This document shows positions 9,805 through 19,608 of a stretch of 42,421 nt of DNA, piece after piece. The notes under the pieces are model-generated. The model searched no databases, was not told the origin of the DNA, and saw only the letters and a list, made by a program, of their open reading frames with translations. The stretch covers positions 45,315 through 87,735 of the forward strand of contig JBDGTL010000026.1 of NCBI GenBank assembly GCA_042216905.1, read 5' to 3'. A program made the position numbers and the translations under genes. This stretch comes from Halodesulfurarchaeum sp. Its GTDB lineage: Archaea; Halobacteriota; Halobacteria; Halobacteriales; Halobacteriaceae. Every line of letters begins with the position of its first letter. The first letter of the stretch is position 1.

Positions 9805-11016
9805 TCAGGACGCGAGTTTCGACTCGATCCGGTCTTCCAGTTCCTGACGGAGTTCTTCGACTGCGATCTCCTCGAGGACCGGAACGAAAAAGCCCTGGAC
9901 CAGCATGTCCTCGGCTCGGTCTTCGGAGAGTCCTCTGGTGATCATGTAGAACAGATCCTCTCGATCGACCTGTCCCACGGTGGCGGAGTGAGAGGCTTCG
10001 GTGTCGTGATTGTTGATAATCAACTTCGGGGAGGCGTCCGCTTCGCTGTCGTCCGAGAGCATCAACGTGTTTTCTCGTTGATATGAGTTTGTGTCCCACG
10101 CCTCACGACCGACGTCCTGCACACCCTCGTAGACCGACCGGGCGGAATCGTCGATGACGCCACGAGTCACCAGGTCCGCATTGGTGTGCTCGCCTCGATG
10201 CCAAACTTTCGAATCGAGGTCGAAGTGTTGGTCGTCGGTCCCGAAGAAGGCGCCGACGATCTTCGTCTCGGAACTGTCACCCGTCAGTTCGGTTCCGACC
10301 TGGGTCTTCGTCAGACGAGATCCGAGGTTCCCCTCGATCCAGTCGATGGTTCCGTACGTGTCCGCACGGCCCCGTTTGAGAGTGTAATTGTACGTCGAGG
10401 AATCGAAGTCCTGCAAGGATCCATACTGTACGTAACTGTTCTCGCCGGCCGCGATTTCTACGATGCCGCTGTAATAGCGGACATCCTCGACTCCCCCGGT
10501 CGTTCGCTGCCGTTCGAGTATCGTCACGGAGGAGTTCGTCTCCGTGATCACGAGTGTATAATTGAACAGGGACCGGCCACGCATCTCCGTCCGGATCGTG
10601 ACCGATTCGGCGTCAACGCCCTCTGGGACGTAGACGACCGTCCCGTTGGTAAACAGGGCGGTGGAGAGTGCAGTCAGCCTGTTCTGTTGGGGGTCGACGA
10701 TACGTCCGAACTGCTCCTCGAGGACGTCCGGAAGTTCGTCGAGAGCTTCGTGAAAGGGGAGGACCCGAACGTCCTCCGGCATTTCACGTTCGGTTTTCGC
10801 CGTCTGGGAGAGCGGATCGACCATCCGATCGTAATCCAGGTCCTCCAGATTCGTCCACCGTCGGCCTGGTGTCTTGATGACGGGGGGGAAGTCGAGTTCG
10901 TCGATGGCAGCCACCGCATCGAGCCGTGTCTCGAGGAGCCACTCGGGTTCGTCGAACTGTCCCGATATCTCCCGAACGGTTTCCTCTGTGATGTCAGTCT
11001 CCAGCGCGACACTCAT
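9805..11016 (-). CDS. sufD: Fe-S cluster assembly protein SufD
   Basis: SufBD beta-helix; PKLIINNHDTEASHSATVG, DLFYMITRGL. Confidence 0.92.
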   Translation of the reverse strand: MSVALETDITEETVREISGQFDEPEWLLETRLDAVAAIDELDFPPVIKTPGRRWTNLEDLDYDRMVDPLSQTAKTEREMPEDVRVLPFHEALDELPDVLEEQFGRIVDPQQNRLTALSTALFTNGTVVYVPEGVDAESVTIRTEMRGRSLFNYTLVITETNSSVTILERQRTTGGVEDVRYYSGIVEIAAGENSYVQYGSLQDFDSSTYNYTLKRGRADTYGTIDWIEGNLGSRLTKTQVGTELTGDSSETKIVGAFFGTDDQHFDLDSKVWHRGEHTNADLVTRGVIDDSARSVYEGVQDVGREAWDTNSYQRENTLMLSDDSEADASPKLIINNHDTEASHSATVGQVDREDLFYMITRGLSEDRAEDMLVQGFFVPVLEEIAVEELRQELEDRIESKLAS

Positions 11017-11017
11017 G

Positions 11018-12445
11018 TTATCCCAGACTCCCCTCCATCTCGAGTTCGATGAGGCGGTTCAGTTCGACAGCATATTCGATCGGCAGTTCCTCCGTGATGG
11101 GTTCGATGAACCCGGCGACGATCATCTGTTTCGCCTCGTCGTCGTCGAGGCCGCGAGACTGGAGGTAGAAGACGTCCTCGTCACCGATCTTTCCGACTGT
11201 CGCCTCGTGTGCGACGTCGACCGTCGATTCGTTGATCTCCATGTAGGGCATCGTGTCCGACGTGGACTCGTTGTCGAACATCAGCGCGTCACACTCGACG
11301 CTCGTCGATGAGTTCGAGGCGCCGTCGGCGATGTGGACGAGTCCGCGGTAGTTCGTCCGACCACCGTCCTTGCTGATCGACTTGGATTCGATGGTGGATT
11401 TGGTGTTCGGCGCGTTGTGATAGACCTTGGCGCCGGTGTCGATATCCTGGCCCTCGCCCGCGAACGCGATGGTTATGTGATTGTCGGAGGCGCCTTCGCC
11501 CTTGAGGATGGAACTCGGGTAGAGCATGGTCGCCTTCGATCCCATGCTGCCCGACACCCACTCCATCCGGCCGCCGGACTCGACGATGGCCCGCTTGGTG
11601 TTCAGGTTGAAGGTGTTCTTCGACCAGTTCTGCACGGTCGAGTACTGGACGTGTGCGTCTTCCTTGACGAACACCTCGACGCCGCCGGAATGGAGGTTGT
11701 GCGTGGCGTACTGGGGGGCAGAACACCCCTCGATGTAGTGGACCTCCGAGCCCTCCTCGGCGATGATGAGGGTGTGTTCGAACTGGCCCATCCCTTCGGA
11801 ATTCATCCGGAAGTACGCCTGGACGGGCATGTTGACGGTGACACCCTCTGGAATGTACACGAAGGACCCCCCGGACCACACGGCCCCGTGGAGCGCGGCG
11901 AACTTGTTGTCGCTCGGGGGCACGGCCTTCGTCATGAAGTACTCGCGGACGATGTCGGGGTGTTCCTGGACGGCCTTGTCCATGTCCATGAAGATGACCC
12001 CTTTCTCCTCCCACTGTTCCTTCATGTTCTGGTAGACGATCTCGGACTCGTACTGTGCACCGACGCCCGAGAGCGCCTCCTTCTCCGCCTCGGGGATCCC
12101 GAGTTTGTCGAAGGTGTCCTGGATCTCCTCGGGGAGGTCATCCCAGGACTCAGCGCCACCCCGCGTCTCGATGTCGGGTCGGATGTACGGGATGATCTTC
12201 TCCACGTCGAGTTCGGAGAGATCGGGCTGGCCCGGCCAGTCCGTCGGCATCGGCATCTCCTTCCACTGCTCCAGGGCACGGAGGCGCCGCTCGAGCATCC
12301 ACTCCGGTTCGTCCTTGTCCTCGGAGATGACGCGAATGGTCTCCTCGGTCAGACCGGCCTCGGACTCGAAGGCGGACTGCTGTTCTTTCTTGAATTCGAA
12401 ACGAGCCTCGGTATCGTTTCGCTGGAGATTTTCTTCTGAGCTCAT
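11018..12445 (-). CDS. sufB: Fe-S cluster assembly protein SufB
   Basis: GVGAQYESE, DNKFAALHGAVWSGGSF, GQFEHTLI, HYIEGCSAP, CDALM, HEATVGKI. Confidence 0.96.
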   Translation of the reverse strand: MSSEENLQRNDTEARFEFKKEQQSAFESEAGLTEETIRVISEDKDEPEWMLERRLRALEQWKEMPMPTDWPGQPDLSELDVEKIIPYIRPDIETRGGAESWDDLPEEIQDTFDKLGIPEAEKEALSGVGAQYESEIVYQNMKEQWEEKGVIFMDMDKAVQEHPDIVREYFMTKAVPPSDNKFAALHGAVWSGGSFVYIPEGVTVNMPVQAYFRMNSEGMGQFEHTLIIAEEGSEVHYIEGCSAPQYATHNLHSGGVEVFVKEDAHVQYSTVQNWSKNTFNLNTKRAIVESGGRMEWVSGSMGSKATMLYPSSILKGEGASDNHITIAFAGEGQDIDTGAKVYHNAPNTKSTIESKSISKDGGRTNYRGLVHIADGASNSSTSVECDALMFDNESTSDTMPYMEINESTVDVAHEATVGKIGDEDVFYLQSRGLDDDEAKQMIVAGFIEPITEELPIEYAVELNRLIELEMEGSLG

Positions 12446-12451
12446 GGTTAT

Positions 12452-13357
12452 TTAGGCTGTCTCGTAGACCTCGTCTCGAACCCAGTCGTATCCCTTTTCC
12501 TCGAGATCCTCGGCGAGTGAGGCATCACCGTCCATAACGATCTTCCCATCGAGCATGACGTGTACTCTGTCGGGTTCGACGTAATCGAGGATTCGTTGGT
12601 AGTGTGTGATCTGAAGGATACCAGTCCCCTGCTCGTCCCGGAGGGCGTTGATTCCGTCCGAGACGTCCTGCAGTCGATCGATGTCGAGTCCCGAGTCGAT
12701 CTCGTCGAGGATCGCGATCGAGGGCTCGAGGATTGCGGCTTGCAGGACCTCGTTTTGTTTCTTCTCCCCGCCCGAGAAGCCGGCGTTGAGGTATCGTCTG
12801 GCGAATTTGGCATCCATGTCCAGGAGATCCATCTTCTCCTCAAGGAGTTCCTGGAACTCCGCGACTCCGATCTCGCCCTCGTCCGCCGGTCCTTCCATCG
12901 GACTCGTCTCGTAGCCCTCGTCCGCTTCGTCTCCTTCCTCGTCGTCTTCGCCGAAGAGTAACTCCTCTCGGCCCTCTATCTTCGCATTGAGCGCCGTCCT
13001 GAGGAAGTTCGTGAGCGTGACGCCCTCGATCTCGGCTGGATACTGGAAACCGAGATAAATGCCGAGTGCGGCCCGCTCGTTGGGCTCCAGGTCCAGCACG
13101 TCCCACGTCCGCTTGTCCTCGGGGATGTCGACGTCCTCGAAATCACCCTCTTCCAGGTGGAGGGTCACCGACCCCTCAGTCACCTCGTAGTTCGGATGAC
13201 CCGCGATGACTTTCGCTGCCGTCGACTTCCCGCTTCCGTTCGGACCCATGAGGGCATGAATCTCGTTCGACGAGACCTCGAGGTCCACGCCGTCGAGGAT
13301 CTGTTCGTCGTCCTCGACGACTTTTGCATGAACGTTTTCGAGTTCGATTGTAGCCAT
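12452..13357 (-). CDS. sufC: Fe-S cluster assembly ATPase SufC
   Basis: GPNGSGKS, FQYPAEIEGV, FSGGEKK, ILDEIDSGLDID, ITHYQRIL. Confidence 0.95.
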   Translation of the reverse strand: MATIELENVHAKVVEDDEQILDGVDLEVSSNEIHALMGPNGSGKSTAAKVIAGHPNYEVTEGSVTLHLEEGDFEDVDIPEDKRTWDVLDLEPNERAALGIYLGFQYPAEIEGVTLTNFLRTALNAKIEGREELLFGEDDEEGDEADEGYETSPMEGPADEGEIGVAEFQELLEEKMDLLDMDAKFARRYLNAGFSGGEKKQNEVLQAAILEPSIAILDEIDSGLDIDRLQDVSDGINALRDEQGTGILQITHYQRILDYVEPDRVHVMLDGKIVMDGDASLAEDLEEKGYDWVRDEVYETA

Positions 13358-13359
13358 TG

Positions 13360-13375
13360 ATTAGGTCGTCCTAAA
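13360..13375 (-). promoter_or_regulatory. DtxR-type operator palindrome TTAGG-N4-CCTAA just upstream of sufC
   Basis: TTAGGTCGTCCTAA at 13361-13374, 3 bp from the sufC ATG and downstream of a TTAAA TATA-like element near 13392-13396. Confidence 0.7.
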
Positions 13376-13518
13376 CCAGGGGAGTGGTCGGTTTAACCCT
13401 TGCGCATTCTGAAGGTTTCGTTTTGTTTTTCGGAAACAACTCTTGTCGATTCCAAAATCAGGCAGCGTGTAAAGTGAAACCGATAAGTGCAATCCAAGCG
13501 AAGTCAGAACCTGAAATT

Positions 13519-14256
13519 ATGGTACGAGAAACCCTGTCGGGAATGACGGCTATTGTCACGGGTGCCAGTGCCGGCGTTGGGAGGGAGACCGCGAAGGCCC
13601 TCGCGGCAGAAGGGGCGAGCGTCGTACTGGTCGCTCGTCGAGCGAACAGACTCGAGGAAATCGCCGAGGACATCGAGGAGCGTGGTGGCACGGCAGTTCC
13701 ATTCAGTGCCGACGTCTCCGAGGAGGAAGCCGTCGAGGACCTCATCGAGACGACCGTGGACGAATTCGGGTCGCTCGAAATCCTCGTGAACAACGCGGGT
13801 ATCGGACGGGGGGACAGTGTGCAGGACCTGACCACCGAGGAGTATCGGGCGATGATGGCCGTGAACGTCGACGGGTTCTTCTTCACGACGCGGGCGGCCC
13901 TCCCCCATCTCATCGAATCGACGGGCAACCTCATTTACATCGGGAGTTTCGCCGGGCAGTACCCGCGTTCGTTCAATCCAGTCTACGCAGCCTCGAAGTG
14001 GTGGGCACGGGGCTTCGCGAAGAGCATGATGGCGGAAGCCGGCGACGAAGACGTCGCGGTATCGCTCGTCAATCCGTCCGAAATTCGAACGGAGTTCGGC
14101 GGCCAGGACGGAACGCCGTTCAAGGAACAATTCGACGAGGGGGAAGTCCTCGAACCCGAACAGGTAGCAGACGCCGTCGTCTTCGCCGCAAAGCAGGAAT
14201 CGGCCACCGTGAGCGAGATGGACCTCTACCGTCGCGACAAATTCGACATCTTCTGA
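13519..14256 (+). CDS. Short-chain dehydrogenase/reductase
   Basis: TGASAGVG, LVNNAG, YAASK catalytic motif; ATG 13519. Confidence 0.92.
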   Translation: MVRETLSGMTAIVTGASAGVGRETAKALAAEGASVVLVARRANRLEEIAEDIEERGGTAVPFSADVSEEEAVEDLIETTVDEFGSLEILVNNAGIGRGDSVQDLTTEEYRAMMAVNVDGFFFTTRAALPHLIESTGNLIYIGSFAGQYPRSFNPVYAASKWWARGFAKSMMAEAGDEDVAVSLVNPSEIRTEFGGQDGTPFKEQFDEGEVLEPEQVADAVVFAAKQESATVSEMDLYRRDKFDIF

Positions 14257-14753
14257 ACCGATCGAACACTGCCGTTCCGCCACCCTGTGCCAGTCTCGCG
14301 GCGTTGTAAGATACCGGACCATTCGTTTGTACGTGCTCCCTATTCGAGGGGCACCAATCGGGACCGTCGAACACTATTCTGATTAGGCACATTGCGCCTG
14401 CAGAATGAGAGTGAGATACAATCCCCGCAAAACGGGATGGGGTGGGTGTGTGGCGCGTGAGACGTCATAGCCGGTGGGAAGCTCATTCCCCGTTCCTCCC
14501 TCAGAAACCACCCGGACGAGCACCAGCCGTGCGAACACCCAATGCGATACCGAGCGAAATGGAGGCCTGGGAAAAGTAGATCGTTTGGGTCATATATCGT
14601 ACTATTCTGTCGGTGGGACGATATCGGATTGTCGTGCATATCGGACGAAAAGCGTCCCTCTCCCCGGCGTTATCCCTTCAATAGGAATATACGTCAAACA
14701 GCACTATTGTGCCAGACGATACTTCTTGTTGGACTCCATACCATGTACCGTCG

Positions 14754-15077
14754 ATGAGCGAATTCATACAGATCCTTACAACGGTCGCATCAAAGGAAGA
14801 CGCACGGACGGTAGCCGACCGTCTTGTGGCCGAGCGATTGGTCGCCTGTGTTCAGACCGATGGACCAATCGAAAGCACGTATCGCTGGGAGGGTGAGGTG
14901 AGACGGGACGAGGAGTGGCGCTGTGTGATAAAAACCACGGCCGAAGCGTACGACTCCGTATCGGAGACGATCGAAGCAGTTCACCCGTACGACACGCCAG
15001 AAATCCTCGCAACCCCCGTATCAGACGGACAGGCCGACTATCTGCAATGGATCGATGACGAAGTCACCGTCGAATAA
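14754..15077 (+). CDS. cutA: Divalent-cation tolerance protein CutA
   Basis: LVAERLVACVQ, STYRWEG, IKTT, HPYDTPEI, YLQWI. Confidence 0.93.
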   Translation: MSEFIQILTTVASKEDARTVADRLVAERLVACVQTDGPIESTYRWEGEVRRDEEWRCVIKTTAEAYDSVSETIEAVHPYDTPEILATPVSDGQADYLQWIDDEVTVE

Positions 15078-15094
15078 GTCGGCGCATACACGCA

Positions 15095-15465
15095 ATAAAT
15101 TGTGCGAAAATCTACGGAAATATGAAATTTATTGATAATAGATAATATATTATAAAATAATAGTTGGTATTATAGTAAATAATTATTAGGTCAAATGATA
15201 TAATTGTATGTTATATTAATATATAATTAAAAAATTTAATTGAATTATAATGAATGTATGTCTAAATTACCAGTTTTTAAAAACCTGAATTCTTAAATTA
15301 GCAGTATGTTTAAAATAAAACGTGAGTTTATCATTATATAATAATATAATACGACATATAAAACGTATACTAAAACAATATAATTTAATTATAGCCCCTA
15401 TAGTAAAATAAACATACTATTGTAATTAAAATTGGCAGTAATAATTAAATAAAATAACATGAGAC
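15095..15465. other. Extremely AT-rich non-coding island
   Basis: Hand count about 16% GC over 15121-15460; lies between convergent cutA and alaX. Confidence 0.88.
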
Positions 15466-15486
15466 ACGAGTGGAGTACGATAAATT

Positions 15487-16191
15487 TCACTCGAGAACGA
15501 AGCGGATCCGTTCCTCATCACTCCCCTTCGTCTCCCTTCCGGTAATCGATATCCTTCCGATTTCCTCTGTATTCCGGACGTGCGTTCCGGCACAGGCAGT
15601 TCGGTCGATACCCTGGATTTCGACGATTCGGACCTCCGTGATACTGTCGGGGAGGAGTCGAAGTCGTGTTCGATCCGGGTCGAGTTCCGCTCGGGCCCGG
15701 TCCCGGTCCATCGTTTGCCACTCCACGTCCACTCCGTCCTCGACGTATTCATTGACAGTGTCTTCGATTGCCTGGAGGTCCGATTCTCGAAAGCGGTCGT
15801 ACGCGCAATCGATTCGGGCCCGGTCGACGTACAACTGGTTCCCCGTGGTCCGGGCGTCGTAATCCGATAAGAGGACCGCGGAGAGGAGATGCTGTGCGGT
15901 GTGATATCGCATGAGTGCGTACCGCCGGTCCCAGTCGAGGTGTCCAGTGACGCGGGCCCCTTCCTCGGGGAGTGGGCCATCGAGCGTGTGATAGATTTCG
16001 TCCGTTTTCTCCACGTCGACGACGCGAGACTCCTGCCCGTCGAACTCGATGTGACCCTCGTCGTGGGGTTGTCCCCCGCCGGTCGGATAGAATATCGTCC
16101 GATCGAGAACCACTCGGTCGTCAATCCGCCGCCGGACGATCGATTCGATTTCCCGGGCGTAGGTCTCCTCGAGATAGGCTGCCTCGGTCAT
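15487..16191 (-). CDS. alaXM: Alanyl-tRNA editing protein AlaX-M
   Basis: TIFYPTGGGQPHDEG, MRYHTAQHLL, CAGTHV Zn-binding motifs. Confidence 0.92.
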   Translation of the reverse strand: MTEAAYLEETYAREIESIVRRRIDDRVVLDRTIFYPTGGGQPHDEGHIEFDGQESRVVDVEKTDEIYHTLDGPLPEEGARVTGHLDWDRRYALMRYHTAQHLLSAVLLSDYDARTTGNQLYVDRARIDCAYDRFRESDLQAIEDTVNEYVEDGVDVEWQTMDRDRARAELDPDRTRLRLLPDSITEVRIVEIQGIDRTACAGTHVRNTEEIGRISITGRETKGSDEERIRFVLE

Positions 16192-16311
16192 ACGTGGGAA
16201 GTAGCGGGGAGGGAAGGTAATCTCACCGCCTGCAAAAGGCCTAAGAGCGGCAGAAACGTTCCTTCAACTAATAATGACAACGGAAGAAGCAGAAGACGTG
16301 GGGTGGATAGC

Positions 16312-17004
16312 GTGGGCGTCGAAATAGCCGAATCTCCGGTCACCGACGTGGAATTCGAGGAGATGGCGAATTTCGTCTACGATTACCTCGAGGCGAGCGT
16401 GGACAACGAGGAGGACGGTGGCCGCATGCGGTGGTATCCCTGGCACTCCGCAGAATACCGGTTCAACCACATCATGAACGTGGTCGAACTGGCGACCGAC
16501 ATCGCTGAGCACGAGGGAGCGGACACCGACGTGGTCAGAGTCGCAGCGTTGTTTCACGACATCGCTAAACTGGACTCGGACCAGGACGTCCACGCCGAGG
16601 AAGGAGCCAGAGTCGCCCGCGAGTACCTCGAAACCCACGGGGAGTATCCCCCCTCGTTCGTCGATCGTGTCTGTCGTTCGGTCGAGAATCACAGTTACCA
16701 GGGGGACCTCCACGACCTGACGATAGAGACACAGTGCCTCATCGAGGGTGACGTTCTCGACAAGGTCGGTGTCAATGGTGCGTCACTCATGCTGCTCCGT
16801 ATGGGATACGAGGCCAGGACCCACATGGACGCCGCCGAGATGGTACAGCGTGTCCTCGAACGGGGCAAAAACGCCAGAGAGCGGATCGAGAGCGACCGGG
16901 CAGTCTCGATCGCCCACCAGCGGCTCAAACGGATCAAGTGGATCCGTGAATGGCTCGAAGAGGAGGTCGCCGAGATGGAAACCGACGGCGAGCCGTTCGC
17001 CTGA
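16312..17004 (+). CDS. HD-domain metal-dependent phosphohydrolase
   Basis: RFNH...AALFHDIAK...HAEEGA...ENHS...EGDVLDK; GTG start at 16312. Confidence 0.88.
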   Translation: MGVEIAESPVTDVEFEEMANFVYDYLEASVDNEEDGGRMRWYPWHSAEYRFNHIMNVVELATDIAEHEGADTDVVRVAALFHDIAKLDSDQDVHAEEGARVAREYLETHGEYPPSFVDRVCRSVENHSYQGDLHDLTIETQCLIEGDVLDKVGVNGASLMLLRMGYEARTHMDAAEMVQRVLERGKNARERIESDRAVSIAHQRLKRIKWIREWLEEEVAEMETDGEPFA

Positions 17005-17195
17005 GGGTGGGGCGGGCGACGTCCGGTACCGCACCACGGCAGCACCAGTCAAACCTGTGTGTGACCCGGGAGGGATCCGTCGACCCCTGCACCGCAGCTA
17101 TCCGACGCGGGTCCCGTCTGATCACATTCGGACTCCGCCTGCGTGTGACCAAACCTGGACTGGGGTTAGATTGGTAACCGCCGCCGGCGAAACGA

Positions 17196-17840
17196 TCAAA
17201 CGATTCCGAGTGTCGTGACCGCGTCCCAGAGGAAGACAACGCCGAACCAACCAAGGACGAGCGCGCTTCCATACGCCACAGCGGTGCCGAGCGTGTCGAC
17301 CTGTTCTCCGGCAGCACGAAGTGCGGCCGGAAACCCGGTTATCCAGACCAGGATCCCACCGAAGAAACCGGCAATCGTGAGCGGGCCATTTGCGGCCGCG
17401 AAAGAGTAGCCAAATGCGCTGATGGTTCCCGGATCGAGCAGTCCAACGCCGGCAGTGAGCCACCAGGTGATCTGGTACGGGTTCGTGAGTGCCAGCGCGA
17501 AGGCCTTTCGAAAGCCGGACCGGCCCGAGGTGTCACCGTCGGTAAATTCGCCTGCTCCCCGGACGGCCCCGTAGGCGAAGTAGAACATCAACAGCCCACC
17601 GATCCCGACCATGACCCCCCGGACGGTCGGGGCCTGTCTGATGAACGCAACGATACCAGCGAGCGCCAATACGAAAAACGTCGCATCGGCTGACATCGCG
17701 CCCAGTCCAGCCGCGAACCCGGCCCGCCACCCCCGGTTGACGCTTTCCTCCGCAATGATCGCGTTCATCGGCCCGGGCGGTGCAGCGAGGGAGAGTCCCA
17801 GCAACGCACCGGCGAGTAGTGACAGGACCCCCAAAATCAT
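17196..17840 (-). CDS. LysE family translocator
   Basis: LAAPPGPMN, GLGAMSAD, LALTNPYQITWW; about 6 TM helices. Confidence 0.9.
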   Translation of the reverse strand: MILGVLSLLAGALLGLSLAAPPGPMNAIIAEESVNRGWRAGFAAGLGAMSADATFFVLALAGIVAFIRQAPTVRGVMVGIGGLLMFYFAYGAVRGAGEFTDGDTSGRSGFRKAFALALTNPYQITWWLTAGVGLLDPGTISAFGYSFAAANGPLTIAGFFGGILVWITGFPAALRAAGEQVDTLGTAVAYGSALVLGWFGVVFLWDAVTTLGIV

Positions 17841-18094
17841 CGAGTTACGGCGCGGGTACGCGGGTATCCGTGAAAAGGGCGTCGCCTTCGTGGACATACC
17901 ACCGCGAACCACGATAAGAAATCAGTATCCGCTGGTCCGGAGACGGTCCGGTAGTAATGCAGGACTCCCCACGACTGAGGTAAGGGGTGCGGTCAACGGT
18001 TGAGGAGGGGTCGTGGCATCTCGACGGGCACTGTAAAGGAATACATACCGCTTCTCGAGAATAGGCACCCATACAGAACGTCTCCACGGGCGGA

Positions 18095-19282
18095 TTAGAT
18101 TCCTTTGCGTCGGAGGGCATTCCGCAGCACGTCTGCCTCCTTGTTCGCGCTGCCAGTGTTGATCAGGACCACGGTATCACCGGAGTAAAACGTCCCTCGG
18201 TCTGCGAGAGTAAAGGCCCCTCCTGCCGCCGCGGCCGCACTTGCACCGAATTCGAGACCGGTCTGCTGAGCGACGTCGATGCCCGCGTCAAGTATTTCCT
18301 CATCGGTTGCCGCGACGGCGCCACCCCCACTCGTTCGAAGTGCGTTCAGTATATAGTGGCTCCCGGGTGGGTCCGGTACCTCGATCTCCCCGCAGATCGT
18401 ATCGGGGGTATCCCAGGCCTCGTGCCTGTCTGTCCCCGTCTCGAAAGCCTCGACAATGGGTTGACAACCACTGGGCTGGGCCGCGTAAAGCGGAGGAAGC
18501 GAATTCACGAATCCGAGTTCTTCCAACTCGCTCCCGCCCTTGAATAGCCCGAGAAGACCCGTTCCGGCCCCCGTCGGGTGGACGACAGCATCGGGGACCT
18601 GCCAGTCCAATTGCTCGACGATCTCGAAGAGCACCGTCTTTGCGCCATCGACTCGAAAGGGCGAATCGCTTCCGATCGCGCTCCAACCATTGTCCCTGCG
18701 GGCCGAGCGGTATGCAGCCATTGCATCTTCGTACCGTCCATTCACGACCGTGAGATCGGCCCCATGGACGTTCACCATCGCCTTCTGGTCGAAGCCCGTC
18801 CGGGAGGGGAGGTACACACGTGCGTCCAATCCGGCCCGCGCCGCGTACGCAGCAGCCGACTGGCCACCATTTCCCGGATCGGCGAGTGACACGGTCTCCC
18901 CGCCTGTTTCATTGACAACGCTCGTCGCGACGGAGACACCACGGTCGGTGATCGATCCCGTGGGATTCCGGCTCTCGTCCTTGACGTAGACGGCGCCGAC
19001 GCCAAGTGAATCGGCCAGGCTCGGACACGCCACGAGCGGGGTATTCCCCTCTCTCATCGAGACGGCGTTCGACCGGCGGACGGGAAGCAACCGGTCGTAC
19101 CGCCACATCGATTCGAACCGGTCGGTTTCGAGCGCGGATCGAGTCAGGGTGTCAGGCTCGATCGAGTAACTGGTCTCGAGGAGGCCACCGCAGTCCGGGC
19201 AACGCTCCGGCATTCGATCCGGTGGATACGCCCGCCCGCAGTCCTTGCACAGCACACCCGAAAACGCGGCCGTCGGCTCCAT
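18095..19282 (-). CDS. Threonine synthase-like fold-type II protein with N-terminal Zn ribbon, lacking the canonical PLP lysine
   Basis: CKDC/CPDC, MWRY, EGNTPL, KDESRNPTGSITDRG (canonical GSFKDRG), PTGAG, NTGS. Confidence 0.85.
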   Translation of the reverse strand: MEPTAAFSGVLCKDCGRAYPPDRMPERCPDCGGLLETSYSIEPDTLTRSALETDRFESMWRYDRLLPVRRSNAVSMREGNTPLVACPSLADSLGVGAVYVKDESRNPTGSITDRGVSVATSVVNETGGETVSLADPGNGGQSAAAYAARAGLDARVYLPSRTGFDQKAMVNVHGADLTVVNGRYEDAMAAYRSARRDNGWSAIGSDSPFRVDGAKTVLFEIVEQLDWQVPDAVVHPTGAGTGLLGLFKGGSELEELGFVNSLPPLYAAQPSGCQPIVEAFETGTDRHEAWDTPDTICGEIEVPDPPGSHYILNALRTSGGGAVAATDEEILDAGIDVAQQTGLEFGASAAAAAGGAFTLADRGTFYSGDTVVLINTGSANKEADVLRNALRRKGI

Positions 19283-19351
19283 GCGACGGTCCACGGTTTG
19301 ATGGTGTATGACAGTGACGGTGGTAGCCTGTGTCCCTTGTCAAATGGTCGG

Positions 19352-19495
19352 AATCAACCGCCACCACCGCAGTGATATATTAATCAATGGACACACTTGC
19401 AGTGATAAATTAATAAATAGACACACATGCAGTGATATATTAATCAACGGCCACACCAGCGGTGATATATCAATCAACGGCCACACCCGCATGAT
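19352..19495. repeat. Tandem array, about 4.5 x 30 bp (GCAGTGATATATTAATCAAYGGMCACACNN)
   Basis: Full units at 19369, 19399, 19429, 19459 with partial flanking copies; AT-rich TGAT-N6-ATCA core. Confidence 0.93.
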
Positions 19496-19608
19496 CCACC
19501 CCGGTGTTCGACAGTTACCCGCCTGCTCGGGTCCGGTAATATCCTCCGTCAATAGTTCGATACCTCACAATTTTTGCCGCCCCGGATCCATTCTTCACGG
19601 GGTACACC

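Noticed and set aside
12880-12990. Acidic insertion in SufC as an intein or novel domain
   Set aside because: Short, has no intein motifs, and is typical of haloarchaeal SufC.
4780-15465. Replication origin at the AT-rich islands
   Set aside because: No ORB/G-string repeats or adjacent orc1/cdc6 recognised.
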